A stretch of 46,770 bases of DNA from a virus (Duplodnaviria > Heunggongvirae > Uroviricota > Caudoviricetes), in the IMG/VR virus record IMGVR_UViG_2974624538_000001, positions 1-46,770 of that record, one strand, 5' to 3'. Numbering within the stretch: position 1 is the first letter of the stretch; each line of letters begins with the position of its first letter. Positions 1-5,723 of the stretch are shown here, piece after piece. The notes beneath the pieces were generated by a model that worked only from the letters and a program-made list of their open reading frames with translations, was not told the DNA's origin and made no database searches. The position numbers and the translations under genes are program-made.

Positions 1-71
1 GTGCGGCAATTCAAAAGGCCGCATTTAATAGGTAATTCGGCTAAAAAGCCTGCAAATGCAAGGGAAAAGGC

Positions 72-161
72 ATGAAAACGGCTGCATTTCTCGCAATTCT
101 CGGGGTTTCTCTGTGCATCCTGTATATCAGGGGTGCATATACGGTAATTACAGGAGGGTAG
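72..161 (+). CDS. Small hydrophobic peptide, 29 aa (MKTAAFLAILGVSLCILYIRGAYTVITGG)
   Basis: Manual translation; purine-rich upstream AGGGAAAAGG; stop lies just before the next gene; below the ORF-track size cut-off. Confidence 0.45.
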   Translation: MKTAAFLAILGVSLCILYIRGAYTVITGG

Positions 162-165
162 ATAT

Positions 166-447
166 ATGGGGTGTGCTATTCAGTGGGTATCAAGGAAGGG
201 GAATGGGGGTGTTATCTATGGGGGATATGTAGTCAATGACGGTACTCACATTGTCTTTGTGGATACCCGGTCTAAGGGGAATACCCGCCCGCTTTATCTA
301 TATCTAGGTAAGGGGGATGACCTAAAGGGTATGGCTGTATATAGGGAATCGGCATTCATCATGCCGGATGTTCTCTTGAATGCAGCCCAATACAATACCC
401 TTGTTGCCTCTATGGATGACAGTAAGACTAGGTCATTCAAAGGGTAA
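166..447 (+). CDS. Hypothetical protein, 93 aa
   Basis: ORF track; GGAGGG SD upstream of ATG. Confidence 0.7.
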   Translation: MGCAIQWVSRKGNGGVIYGGYVVNDGTHIVFVDTRSKGNTRPLYLYLGKGDDLKGMAVYRESAFIMPDVLLNAAQYNTLVASMDDSKTRSFKG

Positions 448-640
448 TGAGTCTGAAGAAAACCCGCGAGAAATCCGGGCAGAAAAGATTCAGCATTATG
501 GGGAGGTTGCATCCTTTGCGGGTAGGGGTGTGCTTTTCGTTGGCACAATGGGAATCGCTGCAATTTCGGCAATAGCTATCATCATTGCTGGATTGCTTTT
601 CATCCTGGGAATTGTGTTCCAAGCTTTCTCGGCATTCTAG
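380..640 (+). CDS. Putative small membrane protein (true start uncertain, possibly 416 or 548)
   Basis: C-terminal hydrophobic run GIAAISAIAIIIAGLLFILGIVF; a competing 42-aa frame starts at the TAATG overlap at 447. Confidence 0.45.
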   Translation: MQPNTIPLLPLWMTVRLGHSKGNESEENPREIRAEKIQHYGEVASFAGRGVLFVGTMGIAAISAIAIIIAGLLFILGIVFQAFSAF

Positions 641-643
641 AGA

Positions 644-789
644 GGAATTCTTTTAGGGGACCCGGCGATAAATTCAATGGGTCCCCCGGAATTCTTTTTC
701 AATTGCGAATGCAATTGTTTATGGGCGCACTAATTGCGAATGCAAATTCGAATTGCCGGCCTATATCATACATCACAAAAAATTTGTGA
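644..789. repeat. Cluster of short direct and inverted repeats
   Basis: GGAATTCTTTT at 644 and 688; GGGGACCC/GGGTCCCC at 656/679; AATTGCGAATGCAA at 701 and 732; TCACAAA/TTTGTGA at 773/783. Confidence 0.8.
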
Positions 790-793
790 CATT

Positions 794-823
794 TTGAATC
801 TGGAAAATAGGTTACTCTAAGAT
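794..823 (+). promoter_or_regulatory. Putative sigma70-type promoter TTGAAT-N18-TAAGAT
   Basis: Motif and spacing; same -10 hexamer as the tRNA-operon promoter. Confidence 0.4.
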
Positions 824-860
824 GATTGTAGCTAACGGAGAGTAATGCCCCCTAAACACG

Positions 861-889
861 AAAAAACCCTACCTCTAATGAGGTAGGGT
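861..889 (-). terminator. Intrinsic terminator ending the minus-strand arm
   Basis: 10-bp stem ACCCTACCTC/GAGGTAGGGT, 4-nt loop, A5 at 861-865 (U-tract on minus), just downstream of the stop at 896. Confidence 0.8.
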
Positions 890-895
890 AGATTC

Positions 896-1105
896 TTATT
901 CTTCTACAGAGAATGCTGGAGCGGGAGTGAATGTCAATCCTTGCTCATGCATTTCTGCAAGTTGGGCTGCCTTCTGTGGATTTTCTACAGAGAGCAAAGC
1001 GAGAAGCACATCGTATACTCGCATCATCTGAATCAGCATAACGACATTGAAATTCTCTGGGGCAAATGCGTCGGTTGACTTATTGTCAGAGGGATTGTGG
1101 TTCAT
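896..1105 (-). CDS. Hypothetical protein, 69 aa
   Basis: ORF track; tiles with neighbours. Confidence 0.65.
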   Translation of the reverse strand: MNHNPSDNKSTDAFAPENFNVVMLIQMMRVYDVLLALLSVENPQKAAQLAEMHEQGLTFTPAPAFSVEE

Positions 1106-1274
1106 CTAGTCTTCTTTCTACAGAAGTGATTCTGTCTTCTTCTAGGGTTACTTTCCACTCTTCCACCAAATACCCGCCGTCGATTTCCTCAATCGAAATG
1201 CTATTCTTCTTTGCCCAATACACAAGCTCTTCTCTTGTGCCTAGTCTTTCCAGTACATCCTTTTGTGTTGCCAT
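1086..1274 (-). CDS. Hypothetical protein, 62 aa
   Basis: ORF track; tiles with neighbours. Confidence 0.65.
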   Translation of the reverse strand: MATQKDVLERLGTREELVYWAKKNSISIEEIDGGYLVEEWKVTLEEDRITSVERRLDEPQSL

Positions 1275-1283
1275 ACTTACATT

Positions 1284-1442
1284 TTACTTGATATAGCTGA
1301 ACTTGTCACCATTGAAGACGCAAGTCCATCCACCCACAACAATCTCGTTTCCGCGCTCACGAACCGGAAGGTCGTTCTTTGCCGCAAAGGCGCGAACCTG
1401 GGCCTTGGTCTTACACTTCAAAAGGTCCTTCTGCTTAGCCAT
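1284..1442 (-). CDS. Hypothetical protein, 52 aa (MAKQKDLLKCKTKAQVRAFAAKNDLPVRERGNEIVVGGWTCVFNGDKFSYIK)
   Basis: Manual translation; AAGGAG SD; fills the gap exactly; not in ORF track. Confidence 0.75.
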   Translation of the reverse strand: MAKQKDLLKCKTKAQVRAFAAKNDLPVRERGNEIVVGGWTCVFNGDKFSYIK

Positions 1443-1659
1443 TATCAATCTCCTTTTCGTATTCGTCGTATAGTCTCATAATAAGATTGCTTAGGTTTGT
1501 GTTAGCCAAACCCGCCGCAGAAGTCAGAGGCGGATACATTACCTTCTCTGACATGTGAAGCTTTGCGTTTGCTTCACTCTGAGTCTCCAGATAATCAACC
1601 ACGCTGTCAAGAACGTCGAAAATCTTCTGAAGCTCTCTAATCAAATCTGACTTTTCCAT
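1435..1659 (-). CDS. Hypothetical protein, 74 aa
   Basis: ORF track; AGGAG SD. Confidence 0.7.
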   Translation of the reverse strand: MEKSDLIRELQKIFDVLDSVVDYLETQSEANAKLHMSEKVMYPPLTSAAGLANTNLSNLIMRLYDEYEKEIDNG

Positions 1660-2288
1660 TGTTCTCCTACATACTTTGTATAGGCTGGTGGAATCGACTC
1701 ATTGATTTCTTTATGAATCATCCAGTCAATACCCATCGCCTTGCGCTTTTCTGCAATCGGGGCATTCCCTCCACCGGTCACTTGTACAAACATGTCTTCT
1801 GTCAGCTTCCGGCCGAAATGATGCTTCCTCTTGTCATACGTATAAACAAGCGCTTTGTGCTTTGGATGTTGCGGTGCTTTCAATTCCCATCCGCCCGGCT
1901 CGAAGAGCCGATGTCTATATACCCTCAAACCGTCGAACATGCTACCGCATAGCATAACACCGTCCAGAGGGGCCGTGTCAACGTTCTCAATTACGTATGG
2001 CAATCCAGAGTCCTGAAGCATTTCTCTAACCGGCCCAATTAGGTCTGGGTACTCTTTACCCGTTCTCTTTTGCAGGTCGCTGTACTTTTGACATGGCGGA
2101 CTCGCGTGCACAAAGTCAAACCGTCCGCTCATCATCATACGCCAACCTACAGAAAGCGCGTCACCCAATACGAAATTGAAAGGATAACGCGTCTGCACCT
2201 TGTTGTCTACACCGACAACTTCAAATCCAGCTTGGTGGTACCCCATTGAGGCACCACCCGCTCCACAAAATAGGTCTAGTATTCTCAC
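1641..2288 (-). CDS. C5 cytosine DNA methyltransferase (compact)
   Basis: Motif I DLFCGAGG, motif IV SPPCQ, motif VI ENV, motif X-like NESIPP. Confidence 0.9.
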   Translation of the reverse strand: MRILDLFCGAGGASMGYHQAGFEVVGVDNKVQTRYPFNFVLGDALSVGWRMMMSGRFDFVHASPPCQKYSDLQKRTGKEYPDLIGPVREMLQDSGLPYVIENVDTAPLDGVMLCGSMFDGLRVYRHRLFEPGGWELKAPQHPKHKALVYTYDKRKHHFGRKLTEDMFVQVTGGGNAPIAEKRKAMGIDWMIHKEINESIPPAYTKYVGEQWKSQI

Positions 2289-2303
2289 AGACCTATTGTA
2301 TCA
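2289..2303 (-). promoter_or_regulatory. Extended -10 (TGA-TACAAT) 6 nt before the GTG start of the methyltransferase; leaderless
   Basis: Sequence; no SD; -35 is weak. Confidence 0.5.
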
Positions 2304-3002
2304 GGAAATAGTTTCCATGCATACAGGGAAATGTTCAGCAGTTAGCTCCCTAACTGCCTTTGCGTATTCTTGCATCTCCTTCTGTGAATCATGTGCAAGG
2401 CGCTGATGTAGGAAATGCATAACAGCTCCAAGAGAAGCGGTCCATCTCCACCTCACATACATTCCGTATGCAGGCAAGAAGAGGCGTGCTTGCTCAGCAC
2501 AGATTCCTGCATTCATCGCGTCATTGTATAGGTTCTCACCCTTGGCGATATACGACTCTAGAGCCCAAGTAAATTCTGAACCAATTTCATCTTCAACCGG
2601 CTCTCCAGAACCCTGCTTCTTATTTTCTGGAGCAGAGCGCCATTGGCCATCCTGAGGAACGTAAAATTCTGGAGTTTCAGTAACATATCGCCTTGAAGAT
2701 TCATTCCATCCATTCTGGTCTTCAAGGTGTGTACTTGCCACTGCGTACTTGAACCATTGACGGGCAACAAATAGTGGGGCGTGAATTTCAAAAGTCAACG
2801 CAGAATGCCTAAACACCGAACTGTGCTCTTCTCTCTGCAAGAAAGCGAGCAGCCTTGCCTCACGCTCACCAAATTCCTTTGACTCCTTCACAAAGGATAC
2901 CTTTGCAGAGTTGATTGGGTCCAAATCGTCACCCATATGCTTCACATACTTGACATAACCCTTATCAAGTACCTTCATAGTATTCTGTTCCCCAGCGGGC
3001 AT
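2301..3002 (-). CDS. thyX: FAD-dependent thymidylate synthase ThyX (variant motif)
   Basis: HSSVFRH, APLFVARQW and NESSRRY motifs; AGGAG SD. Confidence 0.88.
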   Translation of the reverse strand: MPAGEQNTMKVLDKGYVKYVKHMGDDLDPINSAKVSFVKESKEFGEREARLLAFLQREEHSSVFRHSALTFEIHAPLFVARQWFKYAVASTHLEDQNGWNESSRRYVTETPEFYVPQDGQWRSAPENKKQGSGEPVEDEIGSEFTWALESYIAKGENLYNDAMNAGICAEQARLFLPAYGMYVRWRWTASLGAVMHFLHQRLAHDSQKEMQEYAKAVRELTAEHFPVCMETIS

Positions 3003-3417
3003 TCAATCTCCTAATTTCTTCGTAATACTTAAAGTTTTGATTCCAATATGTCTCAGTTTTGTTAATATGAGACATTGTCTTTCTATATTCCGTAAATGCA
3101 ATTCCAATGATTGCCTGTTCATGCTTAATCTTCAAATATCCCTTAAGGGCCTTGAGGAATTCATAAGCATTATTTGAAGTCACAACCCATTGCCAATAGT
3201 CTTGTGCTCTAGCACGCTTTCTAAGCATTACGTAACCGCCGAAACACTCCTGAAACCAATTGGCAATCCACTCATTTGTAATTGAGATACTACAGCGTAG
3301 TTGAAATCCCGGCTTCAAGCTTGGGTTTCGATGTGCCTTTACCTTATTAATAGAGACACATCCCTCCCCATCGAAAAGCCCTGCTGCGTATGCTAGGTCC
3401 ATCTCATCATTAATCAT
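2965..3417 (-). mobile_element. Free-standing single-motif LAGLIDADG homing endonuclease (150 aa; likely start 3417)
   Basis: LAYAAGLFDGEGCVSI motif; own promoter; 3' end overlaps the thyX SD and start. Confidence 0.88.
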
Positions 3418-3423
3418 GGTATC

Positions 3424-3452
3424 AGCATACCACAACATACTAGAGCAGGCAA
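3424..3452 (-). promoter_or_regulatory. Promoter TTGCCT-N17-TATGCT; leaderless ATG 6 nt downstream
   Basis: Exact 17-nt spacing; no SD before ATG 3417. Confidence 0.65.
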
Positions 3453-3455
3453 CTT

Positions 3456-3629
3456 TTAATCCGTGAAGTGAAACCATCCATACCAGTCGCCCACATCATC
3501 TTGATAAACACCAAGCAAGCGTCCACCAAGCCTTTCCCAATACTGAATCTTGGGGAGGGCAACTTCATCGTTCAATTCGGACCATAGATACTTGTGGTCC
3601 GTATATCCTGTGGCATCAGGAATTGTCAT
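3456..3629 (-). CDS. Hypothetical protein, 57 aa (MTIPDATGYTDHKYLWSELNDEVALPKIQYWERLGG...)
   Basis: Manual translation; fills the gap; not in ORF track. Confidence 0.65.
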   Translation of the reverse strand: MTIPDATGYTDHKYLWSELNDEVALPKIQYWERLGGRLLGVYQDDVGDWYGWFHFTD

Positions 3630-3846
3630 ACGCATCTCCCAAAACGTGTCTCATCGTTGCCTCATGGGCATTTGTCATTTCGTATTTCCTACGAGCCTCA
3701 TCATAGCCCGCCATAATTGCGTTGGCAAACCAGCCAAGCATCGTACCTTCGTCAGTCGCAATTTCTGGATTATCCTTGATACGACTAATAAACTCTTCTG
3801 CCCAAACCTGAGCATCAGTTGTACTTGTATCAAATTTGTCTGCCAA
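3616..3846 (-). CDS. Hypothetical protein, 76 aa (TTG start)
   Basis: ORF track; AAGGGAG SD. Confidence 0.7.
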   Translation of the reverse strand: MADKFDTSTTDAQVWAEEFISRIKDNPEIATDEGTMLGWFANAIMAGYDEARRKYEMTNAHEATMRHVLGDAYDNS

Positions 3847-3994
3847 GATTGTTCAACTCCCTTTTATATTCGTCAATCTTCTTTTGCGCCCGCTTTGCGC
3901 CTAGAGAGTCGCCATCCTTCTTGCACTGCGACTTGATAATTTCCTGTGCTTTGATTCCGGCGTTAATCCTCTCAGTCCTCTTCGCCAGGTCCAT
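3830..3994 (-). CDS. Hypothetical basic helical protein, 54 aa (MDLAKRTERINAGIKAQEIIKSQCKK...)
   Basis: Manual translation; GAGGAG SD. Confidence 0.7.
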   Translation of the reverse strand: MDLAKRTERINAGIKAQEIIKSQCKKDGDSLGAKRAQKKIDEYKRELNNLGRQI

Positions 3995-4109
3995 TGACAA
4001 TCTCCTCAAACTTCTCGGAGGTATCAGCCTTTTCCTGAGTTACGTAGAAGGCCCCATCGTCGCTTTGCTCGATTGGAACCCCGTCGCTTCCAATGTAGAA
4101 ATTTCCCAT
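3972..4109 (-). CDS. Hypothetical acidic protein, 45 aa (MGNFYIGSDG...)
   Basis: 3' part of the 3972..4247 ORF; AAGGAG SD before ATG 4109. Confidence 0.6.
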   Translation of the reverse strand: MGNFYIGSDGVPIEQSDDGAFYVTQEKADTSEKFEEIVNGPGEED

Positions 4110-4278
4110 TATCTCTCCTTCTTGTAACAATCCAGCCACTTTCCTGACATTGCCAGCATGGCTGAAATACGTAGTTTTGCATGTCCAGAACAGACTTTCT
4201 AATCTGACAAACTGGACAGGCATGGTCATGTTGTGCAAATAGGCCATCAGTTAGAATCTTTGGCTTATGCATTTTCAT
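4024..4278 (-). CDS. Small Zn-finger protein (CPVC...CWQC)
   Basis: Two CxxC pairs; ATGA coupling to the upstream gene. Confidence 0.6.
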   Translation of the reverse strand: MKMHKPKILTDGLFAQHDHACPVCQIRKSVLDMQNYVFQPCWQCQESGWIVTRRRDNGKFLHWKRRGSNRAKRRWGLLRNSGKG

Positions 4279-4433
4279 CTGTTAGGGTCAGTCCCATCAA
4301 ACTTGTTATCGGTTAGTTGCAAAAGCTTCTTAAAAGCTCTCTTCCGACCCACTTCGTCTCCGCTCTCCTTTGCATCTTGATATCTTCGGAACCAGAGACG
4401 CCTTTCCTGATAATACTTCTTATCGTTAGACAT
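4275..4433 (-). CDS. Hypothetical protein, 52 aa (MSNDKKYYQERRLWFRRYQDAKES...)
   Basis: Manual translation; AAGGAG SD. Confidence 0.7.
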   Translation of the reverse strand: MSNDKKYYQERRLWFRRYQDAKESGDEVGRKRAFKKLLQLTDNKFDGTDPNR

Positions 4434-4638
4434 TGTGCTCCTTTACTACCGCCCTGATTTGGTCATATACATCAAGACCGGGCTTAATAAGCGTATCACA
4501 AACGGCGCACCAAAGTACCGGCTCATCACCGGTTCCGAGTACAGTCGTTAGTCTATTGTTACAATCAGGGCATGAAAGATGCTTAGTCTTTCCCTCTTCC
4601 GCGAGTCGGCGGTATTCATGAAAATAGTGCCATTCCAT
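4426..4638 (-). CDS. Zn-ribbon protein, 70 aa (CPDC...CAVC); start at 4638 because the longer frame runs into a tRNA
   Basis: Two CxxC pairs. Confidence 0.7.
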   Translation of the reverse strand: MEWHYFHEYRRLAEEGKTKHLSCPDCNNRLTTVLGTGDEPVLWCAVCDTLIKPGLDVYDQIRAVVKEHNV

Positions 4639-4642
4639 AATG

Positions 4643-4669
4643 AAAAAGCCGCTGACAAATAGCAGCGGC
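4643..4669 (-). terminator. Terminator-like hairpin after the tRNA cluster
   Basis: GCCGCTG/CAGCGGC stem followed by U5 on minus. Confidence 0.65.
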
Positions 4670-4694
4670 GGGTCTCCTTTTCTATTTGTATAAG

Positions 4695-4767
4695 AGCCTA
4701 GTGTGGGAATCGAACCCACGACCTTTTCCGTACCAAGGAAATGTTCTACCACTGTCACTAACTAGGC
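4695..4767 (-). tRNA. trnT: tRNA-Thr(GGT)
   Basis: Acceptor GCCTAGT/ACTAGGC, anticodon arm TTTCC-TTGGTAC-GGAAA, T loop TTCGATT; no encoded CCA. Confidence 0.92.
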
Positions 4768-4868
4768 GCAGCCCCGAAGGGCGCAATGCAGACAACCGTT
4801 GAACTAGTATAAGTCGCCCGCGAGCTTGGTGGTTCTGAAAAAGGAGAAGGAAAACAGAACCACCTGAG

Positions 4869-4940
4869 AGCCAGATGTCGGAATCGAACCGACGATAAGT
4901 CATTACGAAAGACTTGTGTTACCACTACAACTAATCTGGC
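4869..4940 (-). tRNA. trnT: tRNA-Thr(CGT)
   Basis: Acceptor GCCAGAT/ATCTGGC, loop TTCGTAA, T loop TTCGATT; U31-U39 mismatch; no CCA. Confidence 0.88.
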
Positions 4941-5050
4941 ATATAGTCTGCCTCCCCTGCAACTAGGTACTACAGACAAGCCCCGAAGGACATTTCCTCG
5001 GAGGCAGAGGTACGGGTCGGTCGCATTCTCACCGCACGTACTTCCAATTG

Positions 5051-5124
5051 AGCCGGTTATCGGATTCGAACCGATGACCTATCGCTTACAAGGCGATTGC
5101 TCTGGCCAACTGAGCTAAACCGGC
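5051..5124 (-). tRNA. trnT: tRNA-Thr(TGT)
   Basis: Canonical cloverleaf: GCCGGTT/AACCGGC, ATCGC-CTTGTAA-GCGAT, TTCGAAT. Confidence 0.95.
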
Positions 5125-5125
5125 A

Positions 5126-5197
5126 GTGCACCCCCAAGGACTTGAACCTCAGATTACCACTAAATCAGAGTGGCGTACTACGTTGTACTAGGGTGCA
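5126..5197 (-). tRNA. trnI: Atypical tRNA-Ile(GAT)-like gene
   Basis: TGCACCC/GGGTGCA acceptor, GTAC/GTAC D stem, CCACT-CTGATTT-AGTGG anticodon arm, TTCAAGT T loop; U37 and one extra T-stem pair. Confidence 0.65.
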
Positions 5198-5280
5198 TGA
5201 TGGCCAAGGAAAGAATAGAGGGAACAACCTTGGCCAAGCTTAGGATAGTATTTATAGCCCCATCCCAAGGCGATAGAATC

Positions 5281-5310
5281 ATCTTAGCACGCGCTTGATG
5301 TGCTTGTCAA
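5281..5310 (-). promoter_or_regulatory. tRNA-operon promoter TTGACA-N18-TAAGAT
   Basis: Perfect -35; overlaps the dps stop. Confidence 0.75.
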
Positions 5311-5705
5311 GAAAGTGATTCGTTGAACATCCAGACCCACTTGTCCAAACCGCGCTGGATTTCAATAAGAACATCCTGCGTAGCAAGGTCACCATCATAA
5401 CTACCTAGAGCGTTCTTGATGTGAACTGAGATAGTATTCAAATGACTGGATAGTTCGTCCACGGCATCATCGAAACGGATAGGTTCAGGCGTATAACTGT
5501 ACTCTACACTACCCGTGACGTGTTGTCCAATAGCCCGCGCTCGTTCAGCTAGTGTGTCTGAATACTCATTAAGGTCAGAGTATAGCTCATCTAGCATCGG
5601 ATGCGGGTAGAGAAATTCACGTCCTCGAAGATTCCAATGGAAATCCTTTGTCTGTAGCTGAGCTGTGATTAGCCCGCCCAGAATCTCTTCAAGGTTTGCA
5701 TTCAT
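5307..5705 (-). CDS. dps: Dps-family ferritin-like protein
   Basis: FHWNLRG..F...H..LDELY and D.LAER ferroxidase motifs; C-terminal DKWVWM. Confidence 0.9.
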   Translation of the reverse strand: MNANLEEILGGLITAQLQTKDFHWNLRGREFLYPHPMLDELYSDLNEYSDTLAERARAIGQHVTGSVEYSYTPEPIRFDDAVDELSSHLNTISVHIKNALGSYDGDLATQDVLIEIQRGLDKWVWMFNESLS

Positions 5706-5723
5706 ATGCTTGCCTCCTAATGG

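Noticed and set aside
4947-5050. Hammerhead or HDV/theta ribozyme next to a tRNA
   Set aside because: No CUGANGA/GAAA core; the only UCCUCG (HDV L3-like) is on the strand opposite the tRNAs and I could not build the nested pseudoknot
5248-5256. TATAAATA as a T4-type late promoter
   Set aside because: Single occurrence; no gp55-like sigma in the window; better explained as the loop of the shared hairpin
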